The notes under the pieces were generated by a model that had not been told where the DNA came from, searched no databases, and saw only the letters and a list, made by a program, of their open reading frames with translations. Position numbers and translations under genes: made by a program. A stretch of 64,000 nucleotides of DNA from the human T2T-CHM13v2.0 reference genome, Homo sapiens: the NCBI RefSeq assembly GCF_009914755.1, contig NC_060937.1. One strand, 5' to 3'. This document shows positions 42,161 through 55,839 of the stretch, piece after piece. The stretch's first letter is position 1; the number at the start of each line of letters is the position of its first letter.

Positions 42161-44990
42161 TTAGAGAAGGCTACAATACTTGAGAAAATAGTGTAGTTTC
42201 TATGTAGGGGTGTGTGCTACACAGAGGTTGTCTTTTCTTGGCACACTGTAATAAGTAACTTAGATATAGTTTTATTATTGAATAAATATGAAATATAACT
42301 TGGATATATTTATAGTTATTTTAGAAAACATAAATAAGATAAAATGTGTGAAATTAAACAATACCCATCAAAACCTGCCCGAAATCACACCGTATTAATT
42401 TTTTCATTGGCATCTTGATATTTTAGATAATATATTGTTGACAGTTGATAGCTAAAATAACCAGAATAGAATGGATTTTTTTTCCTTTGCAAATTAATTC
42501 ATGACTTGTCCAGAGATAAGAAAAATATGCCAAATGTATTTCCACAGTCACATTTAATGCAAAGTAATTAATTTAAGATGAAAATTAATTATAGGTACTC
42601 TGGAAAAAGCATTTTGGATTCATTGTGAAAACTTCTAGTTGTAATATGGTAAATGTTTAACATATTAACAAAATCACAGGGAGAACTTAAATTTCAAGTT
42701 TCAAATATTTAATTCAGTTGTGGAATATCAATCTCTAGCCCCTATTATTTATCACAAACAGATTGTTATTACTGATCATTGCCTTATGTGGATACTAATA
42801 TCAGTTATAAAACTATCCATAACAAATTCATGCAATCATTTTAGCCAGGATTCCTGGGTGGTTTGTTTTGAATAATATTTTATTTTGCTGTCCATAATTT
42901 TTTTAGACACAACTAATTGCTTAGTACCTAATCATTATGCTGTTACTTTTTAAGATCTTTTTATCTTTTTGATTGTTAATTGACAGTGTGCTGAGACACA
43001 TCGGCTGTCAGTTTCTTCCTGATTCAGAGTTAAAAATTTATAAAGACTTGAGATTATTTTGTTATTTTTACTTTTACTTTTTTAAAACATTAGGAATCCT
43101 AATTAATCTGTTTCCAATGAAGTCAGGATACAAAAATTAATGATTTCATGTAATAAAGCAAAAGACATTTGTGGAGAAGCAGGGTCCTTCTCCACAAATT
43201 GTTTTATTGCTGTTGTTTTAACTTGTTTATCTTTCCACCACAAATACCATAGAAACTGACCTACCTCCACTATGAGGTTTTTTGGAATAAAGTCATGTAC
43301 CACATAATGATGTTTTGGTCAACTATGGTTTGCATATAAGATGGTGGGCCCGTAAGATTATGGTGGAGCTGAAAAATTGCTATTGGCCTAATGACTTTAT
43401 AGCCATTGTAAAGCACTAGCACAATGCATAACTCATGTTTGTGGTATGCTGGTATAAACCAACTTACTGTGGCTGCCAATTGTATAAAAGTATAGCACAA
43501 ATAATTACATACAGTACATAATGCTTGATAATAATAAGGCACTGTGTTACTGGTTTATATATTTACTATATTATATATTTTTATCATTATTTTAGTGTCC
43601 TTCTCCTACTTACATAAAAGTTAACTGTAAAGCAGTTTCAGACAAGACCTTTACGGAGGTATTCCAGGAGAAGGCATTGTTATTCTAGAAGAAGATAACT
43701 CTATGCATGTTACTGCCCCAGAATGCCTTCCTGTGGGACAAAATGTACAGGTAGAAAACAGTGACATTGATGCTCTTGACTCTGTGCAGGCCTAATTTGT
43801 GTCCTAGTTTTTGACAAAATTTTTAAAAGAACTGCTGAAAGAAATCACAGGAAAGAAATAATGGGAAAGCATTCCATACTCATGGATTGGAAGAAACAAT
43901 ATCCTTAAAATGGCCATGTTGTGCAAAGTAATATACAGATTCACTATTATCCCTATCAAACTACCAATGTAATTTTTCACAGAAATACAAAAAAAAAGCT
44001 ATTTTAAAATTCATATAGAATTTTAAAAGTGCTGGAATATCCAAAACAGTCCTAAGCAAAAGAAAGTTGGAGGCATCACATTAGCTGACTTTATAGTACA
44101 GGGCTATAGTAACCAAAACAGCATGGTGCTAGTATAAAAACAGACACATAGAACAATGGAACAGCATAGAGAACCCAGAAATAAAGCCTTTTACCTACAA
44201 CCATCTGATCTTTGACAAAGTCAACAAAAACAAACAATGGGGAAAGGACTCTGTATTCAAAAAACAGTGTTGGGATAATTGGCTAGTCATATGCAGAAGA
44301 ACAAAACTCACCATATACAAAAATTAAGATGGATTAAAGACTTAAAATGTAATACCTAAAACTATAAAAATTCTAGAGGAAAGCCTAGGAAATATCATTC
44401 TGGACACTGGCCTTGGGAAATAATTTGACTAAGTCCTCAAAAGCAATTGCAAAAAAACCAAAAATTAACAAATGTGACCCAATTAAACTAAAGAGCTTCT
44501 GCACAGCCAAAAACAAAAAACCAAAACAAAATACCTACCAGCAGTATAAAGAGATAACCTATAGAATGGAAGAAAATATTTGCCCACTTTGCATCTGACA
44601 AAGGTCTAATATCCAGAATTTATGAAGAACTTAGACAACTCAACAAGCAAAAAACAAATAACCATATTAAAAAGTGGGCAAAGGACATAAACAGACACTT
44701 GGAAGACATACCGGTAGCCAGCAAACATGAAAAAATGCTCAACATCACTCATCATCAGAGAAATGCTAATCAAAACTGCAGCGAGAAACCATCTCACCAC
44801 CAGTCAGAATGGCTATTATTAAAATGTCAAACAATACCAGATCTTAATGAGGTTGTGGAGAAAAGGAAATGTTTATACATTGTTGACAGAAATGTAAATT
44901 AGTTCAGCCACTAAAGAAAGCAGTTTGGAGGTTCCTCAAAGAATTTAGGACTATCATTCAACGAAGCAATCCAATTCCTGGGTATATAAC

Positions 44991-45374
44991 TGATACGGTT
45001 TAGTTGTGTCCCCACCCAAATATCATCTTGAATTATAGTTCCCATAATCCCCATGTGTCATGGGAGGGACCCAGTGGGAGGTAATTTAATCATAGGGGTG
45101 GGTACCATCATGCTTTTCTTTTCTAAGAATAGTGAGTGAGTTCTCATGAGAGCTGATGGTTTTATAAGGGGCTTTTCCCCCTTTTGCTTGGCACTTCTCC
45201 TTCCTGCTGCCCCATGAATGATGTGTTTGCTTCCCCTTCTACCCCGATTGTGATTGTAAGTCTTCTTAGCCCTCCCCCACCATGCTGAACTGTGAGTCAA
45301 TTAAACCTCTTTCCTTTAAAAATTACCTAGTCCAGGGTATGTATGTATTAGCAGTGTGAGAATGGACTAATAAA
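44991..45374 (+). mobile_element. THE1 solo LTR inside L1
   Basis: tgatacggtttagttgtgtccccacccaaa...gtgagtcaattaaacctctttcc...gagaatggactaata. Confidence 0.93.
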
Positions 45375-45627
45375 ATATCCCAGATAAAATAAATCATTCT
45401 ACCAAAAAGACACATATACTCGTGTGTTCATCACAGCACTGTACACAATAGCAAAGACATGGAATCAATCGAGATGCTCCCCAACACTGGACTGGATAAA
45501 GAAAATGTGGTACATGTACAGCATGAAATACTATGCAGCCATCAGAAAAATCATTTCCTTTTCAGCAACATGAATGTATCTGGAGGCCATTACTCTAAGC
45601 AAATTAATGCAGAAAGAGAAAACCAAA

Positions 45628-45949
45628 TGAGACAGCCAGGTGGGAGGGGATCCCCAGAAATACTCAAACTGACCTTACTGGGGTGGAGACACAGAAGTTC
45701 AAGCCCTTTGCAGAGGGGAGAAACCTAGCTCCTCCTCTTCCTATGTGGAACCTGGGATTTAAACCGTGGGCAGGAAACACTCTAGTGGGCAACCCTGGAC
45801 TTGCAGACAGTTCCTGTTTCTCACTTCTTTTTCACCCAGTAAAACCCTGCTTTACTCACCCTCCCCAACCATCTGCAAGCCTAAATTTTCATGGCTGTGT
45901 GATGGACAAAGACTTGTCTTTAGCTGAACTAAGGAAAATTCCTTCAACG
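45628..45949 (+). mobile_element. MER61-like ERV1 solo LTR inside L1
   Basis: tgagacagccaggtgggagggg...ctttagctgaactaaggaaaa; 4-bp TSD caaa. Confidence 0.8.
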
Positions 45950-46899
45950 CAAATACCACATGTTCTCACTTATTAGTGGGAGAAAAACACTGGGTATGTA
46001 TGAACATAAAGATGAGAGCAATAGACCCTGAGTACTACTGGAGGGGAGAGGGTGGGAGGGAGTAAGGGCTGAAAAACGACCTGTTGGGTACTATGCTCAC
46101 TTCCTGGGTGACAGGATCAATTTGGTACTCCAAGCCTCAGCATCACACAATATATCCACGTAACAAACTTACACATGTATCCCCTGAAAAGAAAAGAAAA
46201 AAAAATAGAAAAAAAAAAAGATTAAAATAAAGAAAAAAACCTTAAAAATAGAAAAAACCGTACAAAGTAAGAATATAAAGAAAGAAAATATTTTTCTACA
46301 GCTGTACGATGTTTGTGTTTTAAACTATTAATATGTTCTTACCATTGTAGAGTCAAAAGTTTAAAAAAAATTCATAAAGAAAAAAGTTACAATAAGCTAA
46401 GGTTAATTTATTATGCCCTAGGCATTCACATTCACTCACCACTTACTGACTCACCCGGAGCAACTTCCAGCCCTGCAAGCTTCATTTATGGTATGTACCC
46501 TACATAGTTGTATTTTTTTTTTATCTTTTATACCATATTTTTACTGTATCTTTTCTATGTTTAGATATGTTTATATACACAAATACCATGTTATAATTGC
46601 CTACAGTATTCAGTACAGTAACTTGCTCTACAGGTTTGTAGCCTAGAAGCTGTAGGCGATACCATATAGCCTAGGTGTGTAGGAGGCAATACCATGGAGG
46701 TTTGTGAAAGTACATTCTATGATGTTCCAATGGCAAAGAAATTGCCTAATGACGCATTTCCCAGAAGTGTCCCCCCACAACCCCGACACACCCTCCACCC
46801 CCATTAAGTAACACATGACTACCTCAGCAAATGTTAAAACTATGTAACTGTGTATAAGGCATGTCCATGGGTGTGTGAACCATCGAGTGTGGACAGACG

Positions 46900-47140
46900 A
46901 GCTCTCAGTGAAAGAATTTAGCGCTTAATACAGGACTCAAATCTTTAGAGAGAGCCGGCGGGTTTGAGCCTGGCTCTTCCCACAGGTCAGAGAAGGTTGA
47001 CTTCCATTTTCCATGGAAGTCATGGTTAAGTATTTGGCTAACTACTCTGTAAATGAGAGTAATGACCTCTGATAATGGTAGACCGATTAAATGATAAAAG
47101 AAAAAGTCTTTAGCACATTCTCTCAGACATTCAATAAACT
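46900..47140 (+). mobile_element. MIR
   Basis: gggtttgagcctggctcttcc...tctgtaaatgagagtaat...cttagcaca...tcaataaa. Confidence 0.55.
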
Positions 47141-49109
47141 TGAATTACCTCTCTTAACATCTGGGTTTCAGATTGCTGGTTCCTTTGTAAAAACTTCCAT
47201 ATTTAGAATTATCTGGGCTATTTAATTACATTTAGTCATTTTGTCAGTTCTTTTAAATTATTTATTTTACTTGATTTCTCATATATTATGCTATGTAACA
47301 ATGATTCAGTATTCTGATATCTGGGAATACATCGATGCTTCTTTGACAATCACTAATAGTTAATGAGTGCTTTGGGTCAAGAGTCACCTTTCCTAATGTA
47401 TTTTTAAAGATCACTGAACATGTTTAAACTAGAATAAAGTTTCTTTCCAACTACACACATTATCATTTATTTTCTGCAACATTAAAAGTTGGTAGTAATA
47501 ACAAAATGTTACATATATTATTTGTGAATTTTATAATAGTATAACAACTTTTGATTTTAGCCAAAAGTTTTCTTCAATTTGTCTCTTTTGTTCATTTAAC
47601 CATTATAAAATATGAAATAATTATGTATTGTTAGCATTATCAGTCTGATTTTTAATGCTAAATAGGTAAATTTGGCTAACTAGAATAATTAAAAGTGATT
47701 GTAAATTATTATGTATTCCTCTCTTTTTTAAACTCAGTTAAGCTTTTAAGATTTAACCTTTTATGTAAATAATATTAGCTACATTAAAAATCCTGAATTG
47801 CTATTCTACTTTTAGTATGTACAAAATGCGTAGAAGAGAAGGCTTTTCAAAATCATGCAATAAATTCATGAGGAAACAAGGTGTCTTGTTTCACCTAGAA
47901 AAAAATAAAAAATCATCAACAACAACAACAATTAATACAATCAGCCACTGACTTTTGTAATCACGCTACATCTATTTTGATAAAGTGAGATAGAGAGGGA
48001 AAGATTAAGAGAGAAAGAGAGAGAGAGAAGGTAATAGGCGTTATTGACAAATCTTACTCTTACAATAATTTGATATACATTTACTAATATTCTGGTACTG
48101 TTTTTCTTTACTAAAATAAAATTTCTTTTCCAAATGAGGGAGATAATAGAAATCAATTAGCCCTTTCTTCTCCCAAAAATGTAGCCTGAGAGGAAAAAGA
48201 ATTTTAAAAAAAGATCTTAATTTTTTTTCTAAACTTTATCAATTTTTTGTGGCTATAATTTAAAAATCTTCTCATTTTATGTTTGTTTTAAACTAAAATC
48301 TAAGGAAAAGTGAGATATAGGTATAGATATGGATATGCATAATTCAGGAGAGAAAAGAACAGTTTGTATTATGTTAAATGTTATTTAAATCAACGAATGG
48401 ATATTTTGTGAGAAAAAAAATTTTAAATAATGCAGAATCCTCAAAAGTTTTTTAAAGCAACACTGTACCAGAGTTTTGTTTTACCATTGATTATACAGAC
48501 TGATAGACAATTTAGGTTGCAAATGATACTTTTAAATGTAGGCAGGCTCTCAAGCACTTTAATCTACATAGGCTTATTTTAAATATGTTAAGTGATTGTT
48601 AGTGATTTCCTAATTTGCTTGCCAAATTCAAGAATTTATTTAGTGCCTGTAATTAAAGAAAAATATGTAGAGACACTGAGAAATCAACATAAGGCAAATC
48701 AGGATTTGTTATAGATAAATTTAAGGATCTCAGATATTATTAGTGGCTTATAGAAGCCTTCATGGGCTGATAATATGCTTAGTCATAAACCGTAAAATTT
48801 TTACAGCCCAGTACCATTAGGCCAGGCTGGAAAAATCATTGTAGGTATTACAAAAGTTAACAAGCTTTCCTTTATTATTCTCAGCTGCGTAAAAAGTCTT
48901 TTGATCCTGTGTCCCTTTCCTGCCCCCCACCAAGTAAATATGCAAAATTCTTTTGATTTTATGGTCCTGGAATTTGCAGAAGCCCACCGAGTGATAGCTT
49001 CAATGGAAAACCTCTGGATTAGAGATTTTTGGTCAGTCTGTTTTGGGGGGTATATATATGTGTCTATTTCTGGAAATAATACATTTTCAGGGAAAAATTA
49101 AGTAGCATC

Positions 49110-49810
49110 AGATTATGACAAGGGAAGAAGAATTTTGTGGTGGACTTTTGGAGGACTGCTTTAGACAAGTATTCAGGATATACTCTTTCAGAATGAGACC
49201 TTTAACCAGAATCATGAAAATGCTCGTGAAAAAAATACTATGAGAAAGTTGGCGGAAGAATATTCTGGTCAAAGTAAACTATATTCAAAATCTCTGAGGT
49301 AAAAATTAGCATATACAAGAAACTGGTTTGGCATGAAATTATACACACACACATATATATAATATATACGAAGTATAAATAATATATATATGAAGAATTA
49401 ATCAGAGAGCACATCATGTAGGTCTTTGTAGTCCATGGGAAGGAGCTGGTATTAGTCTACTTGTAAAGAAAGCTGTTGTTGTATTCTGCTCAATGGAATG
49501 TATGATACAGTTTATTTTACAAAGAGCCCAATCTGGTTGCCACAGTAGAGTGTACAGAGAAGTCAGAGTTTAAATAACCAGACTTGAGTCCATTTCCATG
49601 ATCAAGAGTAAATAATAATGCTGACCTGGACTCCCACGTAAAGAAGGAAGAGGTTCCAGGGAAAAGTAAAAATTAATGGGATAAATTTGGGGTACTGTTT
49701 GGCCATTAAAGCAACAAATGAGGTTTAAGAGCAGATGAGGTCTAAATAAAAGGGAGGATTCAAAAATGATTTTTGTCCTAAGTAACTAGGTGAATGGTGG
49801 GTCTATGAAG
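49110..49810 (-). mobile_element. L2 remnant
   Basis: ggaagaatattctgg...catcatgtaggtctttgtagtccatgggaaggag...aagtaactaggtgaatggtgg. Confidence 0.55.
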
Positions 49811-50837
49811 GTACTTGTGTTCTTGGTTCTATGAAGATATCTGTAAAACAGAATTTATTAAACATTTTTCATATGGTTATTGCAAGGCAAATGTAAAAAA
49901 CACAAAAAGCTATTATCTTTTATTACATCAAATGCACTCAAAAGTAAAATCTATTAGTAGAGATAAAGTGGTAAACATCTAAATCTACATGAATAAGCTT
50001 TGTCTAAAGACAAAAAAGCTGGACACTAGGAAAAGTTGGTTTAGAATCTTCCTTTAATGAAATTTATTTTCAGATGAGTCAGTAAAAATTTGTGAAAAAG
50101 GAATGCTATGTGGTCAGAAAATACAGAGTACACTGAAAATTGAATGTTTTAATTTGCTACTGTCTCCAGTTTGTAATGTGTCTTGTCATTTTAAAATTAG
50201 ATTATTTAGATCAGTTTTTTTTTCTTTTTCATAGTATAAATGTTGGGAAATTCTGAATCTTTTTTATTCATCTTGCCAGCTCACATGAAATAATCCTTGA
50301 TACAGTACTGAATATTTTGTCTCTTAGGATGAAAAGAGCAACATTTGTGTATGTGACTATTTGCTGATTTTAAAAGTATGTTATATTATTTTTTTTTGGA
50401 AAAAATAGAGTCAGATTCAGAATAAAGCATAAGTAAAAATGAGTGATGCAATTTAGGAGTCAGTATTGCTGATTTTTTTTGGGAGATATTTTTAGTTTGG
50501 AATTCTCTTGTTCCTACATGAAGATTCTGGCCTTATTTCCCTGTTCTATTCCAATTCTTCTCTACAACTTACACTCAGGCACTCTCTCTCTCATTGCAGC
50601 TACATTAGCAACATAAAAAAATATTTAAACAACAATTGTTTTTCTAAATTTTGTTCATGTCTCAAAATACATAGAAAACTATACGATTCCTTAACTCAAA
50701 GGGCTTGAAATATATTTTAGGATGGTAGGAATGAGCTTAAAACAACAATTAAACATATCAAAGTTTATGAATGAATGATGAAAGGCAAAACCACTTCATC
50801 TGTTACTTTATGAAATATAAAAGTTATTCTTGGATGA

Positions 50838-51211
50838 TTTCACTTGCGTCCGTGTGAAGAGACCACCAAACAGGCTTTGTGTGAGCAACAAAGCTGTTTA
50901 TTTCACCTGGGTGCAGGCGGGCTGAGTCCGAAAAGGGAGTCAGCGAAGGGAGATAGGGGTGGGGCCGTTTTACAGTCAAAGGGGGTTGTTCTCTGGCTGG
51001 CAAGGGTGGGGGGGTCACAAGTTGCTCAGTGGGGGAGCTTTTGAGCCAGGATGAGCCAGGAGAAGGAATTTCACAAGATAATGTCATCAGTTAAGGCAGG
51101 GACTGGCTATTTTCACTTCTGTGATTCTTCACTTGCTTTGGGCCATCTGGACGTATACGTGTGCAGGTCACAGGGGATACAATGGCTTAGCTTGGGCTCA
51201 AAGGCCTGACA
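50838..51211 (-). mobile_element. LTR7-family (HERV-H) solo LTR
   Basis: Reverse complement tgtcaggcctttgagcccaagctaagcc...ggtggtctcttcacacggacgcaagtgaaa; exact 5-bp TSD gatga. Confidence 0.95.
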
Positions 51212-51639
51212 GATGACACGTCCTGTAAAGGATTTTTGCTGGAGAAATAATATGAGGGGATATCTGAATAAAGGGATAGAATTGAATGTATGAAAAGGAA
51301 GTAAAATACGAGTTAATATTCAAGTTATTCTTTCTTCCAGTTTCCTATTCACTATTGATTAAATGACTCAGAGAAGTCACAGGCTAACATGTAGATTTGT
51401 GTCTAGTAGAGATGCAAATAATTTGCACCTAGTTGAGCAAATAACTCTGGAGATAGTAGTTTATAGTTCCATAGACATTTGGCAGTTGCTTTTTAGAAAA
51501 CCCAGCAATTTTTCTTCTTACAAGTATTTTAGCTTCTCAAATGCTCTTTGAACCAGCAATAACATTATGCTTTGTTCTCAGTTAATGTGTTAAAATATGC
51601 AATATACATCCAATTAATGTGAGCTTTATAATTTGACCT

Positions 51640-52275
51640 TCTTTTTTTAAATTTTATTATTTTTATACTTTAAGTTTTGGGGTACATGTGCACGACATGC
51701 AGGTTTGTTACATATGTATACATATGCCATGTTGGTGTGCTGTACCCATTAACTCATCATTTAGCATTAGGTATATCCCCTAATGCTATCCCTCCCCCCT
51801 CCCCCCACCCCACAGCAGTTCCTGGTGTGTGATGTTCCCCTTCCTGTGTCCATGTGTTCTCATTGTTCAATTTCCACCTATGAGTGAGAACATGTGGTGT
51901 TTGGTTTTTTGTCCTTGTGATAGTTTGCTGAGAATGATGGTTTGCAGCTTCATCCATGTCCCTACAAAGGACATGAACTCATCATTTTTTATGGCTGCAT
52001 AGTATTCCATGGTGTATATGTGCCACATTTTCTTAAGCCAGTCTATTATTGTTGGACATTTGGGTTGGTTCCAAGTCTTTGCTATTGTGAATAGTTCCAC
52101 AATAAACATATGTGTGCGTGTGTCTTTATAGCAGCATGATTTATAATCCTTTGGGTATATACCCAGTAATGGGATGGCTGGGTCAAATGGTATTTCTAGT
52201 TCTAGATCCCTGAGGAATCACCACACTGACTTCCACAAGGGTTGAACTAGTTTACAGTCCCACCAACAGTGTAAA
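51640..52275 (-). mobile_element. Young L1PA (approx. PA4-5) 3' end
   Basis: Poly-T tail and 3'UTR; ORF 51867-52109 is the ORF2p C-terminus (AKTWNQPKCP...MFSLIGGN). Confidence 0.95.
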
Positions 52276-52503
52276 CAGTTTTGTTAATTATGTTTTAACA
52301 CCTTTCAACAGCTTGTGTCCTTCCTGTATTGACTATTCAGGATCTCTGATTCCTTTCTTTGTACTCTGTAATTCTGAAACACTAATAGTTTCTACTGTAA
52401 AAGTTGCTTTTTTTCCCCCATAGTTTTAATTTAGGCTGTGAAAAATATCTGGCAGGATAGTGGATGCTGTCCCCAAATCATTAATTAGGCAGGTGAGGCT
52501 TCA

Positions 52504-52722
52504 GATATATATATATATATCGTTATATATATATATATATATCGTTATATATATATCATTATATATGTATATAGATATATATATCGTTATATATATACAT
52601 ATCATTATATATATCGTTATATATATCGTTATAAATATATATATATATCGTTATAAATATATATATAAATGTGCAGGAACGATATGTGTATATATATCTA
52701 TATCTATATATATCGTTATATA
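52504..52722. repeat. TA-rich minisatellite (atatatcgtt units)
   Basis: Repeated atatatcgttat interleaved with (TA)n. Confidence 0.92.
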
Positions 52723-53280
52723 TCATTCCTGCACATTTTCAGTTGATCAGCAGATTGGAGAAGAAACAGAAACTCTGGTAATGGGAATGTATAAAACTTC
52801 ACATTCTGACAATGCAAACCTCCTGGGGATATTATATGTGTTCAGAGAGGCTTCACAGTAATTCACTGGCTTTTCTTCTGAACCTGGGGAATTAATTCCC
52901 TTTCATCTCCTCTGTTGCCATCAGTCTTTCTTCTCTCCAGGTCCAAGCACACACACAAAAATTAACATTCCATACTTTCCTCTTTTCTCACCTGTCCCTA
53001 AGGCAAGCATGCAGCCCTTCTGTGGTTTTTGTATGTTGTCTGTTAGAGCCAATTATTTTGGAAAAGTCCAGGAAGTGAGAACAAAAACAAAAAAGAATAA
53101 ATTTTTTTAAGTCTCATAATAAAAACTGCCTTTGATTTCATTTGAATTCAGTGAATACAGTTTCTGTCACATCATTACTCATTCAGTGCCCCTTAAACTA
53201 TTTTTCTTCCCAGGATTCTGGGTCATTATTTCCCTGGATAGGTAACCCTACACTTTATTATTGGTGTCTTTTCCCCTCTC

Positions 53281-53728
53281 TGTGTTGGATGCCATGAGGC
53301 AATGCTCAGATTTCTCTTCAGGAATGAAGATCTTGTTGTCTCAACTGCTCAAAATGTTGTCACTAAGTTATCTTCAGTTTCCAGTTCTCTTCTGAAATGT
53401 CTCAGCTAAAAAGAGGTGTCTCCCAAGTCCCCCTTCCCAGAGTAGCCCACAACCAATAATTGACCAATGTGCATATAAAGCCCAGGCCATCTAGATGAAA
53501 ATCATAACTCTGAAGTGTCATTCCTTTCCAGAGACCCCTAAGAGGTCAGCCAAGGTCATGGCTGGGATTGCATCACATCTGAACTTCTCCCTCTATCCAA
53601 GCCTGCTTCTCTTCCTTCCCTGCCATAGGTGTTGATACCCAGGGTCCTTCCTAATTAAACTTCTGCAGAAGCACTTCCTAATAATCGTGTCTCTGAGTCA
53701 GCTGCCAGCAGAACCCAACCTGAGACAG
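53281..53728 (+). mobile_element. LTR16-like (ERVL) LTR
   Basis: ...gattgcatcacatctgaacttctccctct...tctctgagtcagctgcc..gaacccaacctgagaca end. Confidence 0.7.
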
Positions 53729-53809
53729 CTATGTAGACCCAATACCTCTAAAATATTGTGCAGATAAACATAACTGGCATTTTTATATGTGAAGAACTAA
53801 ATTAAGAAT

Positions 53810-54456
53810 TATTGTCCAAAAGACCACAAGGATGGCTAATTTAGGATGAATAAGGTAGAAAAGAGAGCTGTATTGGTGATAGCACTTTGCAAGTCAGGAA
53901 AAGAAAGTCTCCCATTTGTGGAGGGGAGGGACAGATCATGTTTACACCTCACAGCGTCCATATTACACAACAGAGTCGTATATATTCATCAGATTTGGGG
54001 GAAAAGCTATACATATGTATGAAGGAAGCTGAGCACATACACAATGGGTAAACCTACATATAACATCTATCCATCCTGTGTTCCCTTTGGGGTGAGGTTT
54101 TAGCATTAAAATGAAGTGGAATTTGGCTCTTTACATCAAAAAGTGAACTACAGAACAGACGGTTTGTGCACAGTCTCTATAAGCTGGATGAAACTGACTT
54201 ACGGTCTGCAGTAGTTTATCAGGTAAGAAAGTTTGTGAGGCTGGTTCTCTGTCCAGTCAGAGTTGAAGCGGTCTGGGCGGTAAAACAGATTTAGGAGAGC
54301 TCTAATAGCTCCTATAGTTAAGGAATTTAGAGCGATAAGAATTTAGATTTGCCAGTGGAGCCCTGAACCCTGGACCTGTAAAAAAAACTTTGTCTCCTTA
54401 GCCTTAGGGTCCATCTTAGTTATACAGTCGTGTCTATTTTGGTCTCTTAGATCACA
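53810..54456 (-). mobile_element. MER39-like ERV1 solo LTR
   Basis: Reverse complement starts tgtgatctaagagaccaaaatagac...ggaccctaagg; 4-bp TSD gaat. Confidence 0.78.
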
Positions 54457-55479
54457 GAATAATCTGTATTTCATAAAACGATTCAAGTCTTCCATTTTTT
54501 CCCCCTCATTTTCATTTAAAAACGATGGCTCTTGGGCATGTACCATGGATATTGCTTTAAGATTCTGAGTTGGGCGACAAAACGGATTATTCAGAGGGGT
54601 TGGAAAAGAGCAGAAAGTGCAGGTTAGAAAGAAGAAAGCCATGGGTGAGAGAACGTGTTGACAGGAGATAGCATAGTAAAGGAAATTTAATTTTCTTTTT
54701 TTCCAATTTATCTCTCTCTATTGTAATCCATGCCATTACTACAGAGTTATTACTCAGATCAGTCTTAGAAAAAGGTGAAAATAGATTTTCCATCAATGAT
54801 ATGGAGCTTAGGAGATGGAATAGAGAGGAGACAGAATCTTAGTAGCAGAAGCAACAGTCAAAGCAGTAAACTAAATAAAATTCTTGTGCTCATTGGCCTA
54901 AATGAAGCAGTAAAGGAAATGTGTGCATTCTGACATATCCGTTGGAACAGATTGGAGTGACATAGATTTTTTTATCTGCAAAAATGGCCCCATTGTACCA
55001 TTTATTCATAAGTAAAATCAAACTTCGAGTATACCTTTTTGTGTGTGTGTTTATTAAAAAGACATGAGCAGTCTCATAAAGTAACATCTGAATATTGATA
55101 GGTAATCAATATTTTGAGTTTGGATTTCTGCTAAATAAATTTACCAGGTTTGGCAGTATTCACTAGCTTGAAGTTCTGAGATAAGGTAAAGGCAGTGGAA
55201 TGTCCTCTCTTTATGATGGAGTCATTGTTTTTCATAGATATTATTTCATCCTCCTCTCTATTTACGACCACTCACCACACTATCAGTTTTATCATGTAGT
55301 GGGCTAATTAGTTACTATTTGTATTTGTACTTAGCTGGCACACTGGGATTTTTCTATACTGAGACAATTAATTGATGTTTTTTAGATCAAATAATTTCTG
55401 TATTCCACAGAATCCAAAAGACAAGACTAAAAACAATGACAACAACAAACTTCTAACAATGGTGTAGTAATAATATGGT

Positions 55480-55834
55480 GAGTTAGTGTATTGAATTGCT
55501 AGAACAAAATACTACAAGTTGAATAGCTTATAAACAACAGAACTTGATTTCTCACTGTTTAGGAAGCTGAAAAATCCAAGATCGAGGTGCCAGCAGATTT
55601 TATGTTTGGTGAGGGCTCTACTCTTCTGGTTCATAGATTGTGCCGCCTTGCTGCATTCTCAAAGGATGAAAAGAGGAAGGAAGTTGTTTGGGGCCTTTAA
55701 AATAAGGACACTAACCTCATTCATGAGGGCTGTACCTTCATGACCTAATGACACCCTACCTCCTAACACAACCACAAAGGTGATTAGGTTTCAACATGTA
55801 AGTTTGAGGGGACATAAACATTTTGACCATAACA
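55480..55834 (-). mobile_element. MLT1A-type LTR
   Basis: ataaacaacagaacttgatttctcac...ccaagatcgaggtgccagcagatt...gggacataaacattttgaccataaca. Confidence 0.85.
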
Positions 55835-55839
55835 TATGG

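Larger units (their letters stand above)
43826..46220 (+). mobile_element. L1PB-type ORF2 3' part and 3'UTR, decayed
   Basis: ccatactcatggattggaaga, ccatctgatctttgacaaagtc, aaactaaagagcttctgcacag; 3'UTR gggtactatgctcac; A-rich tail. Confidence 0.92.
43290..46820 (+). mobile_element. Tigger3(b) DNA transposon split by L1 (halves 43290-43825 and ~46220-46820)
   Basis: agtcatgtaccacataatgatgttttggtcaac start; resumes aaaaatagaaaaaa...gaatataaagaaagaaaatatttt; ends cattaagtaacacatgact. Confidence 0.85.

Noticed and set aside
52460-52861. 133-aa I/Y-rich ORF
   Set aside because: Translation of (TA)n low-complexity sequence.
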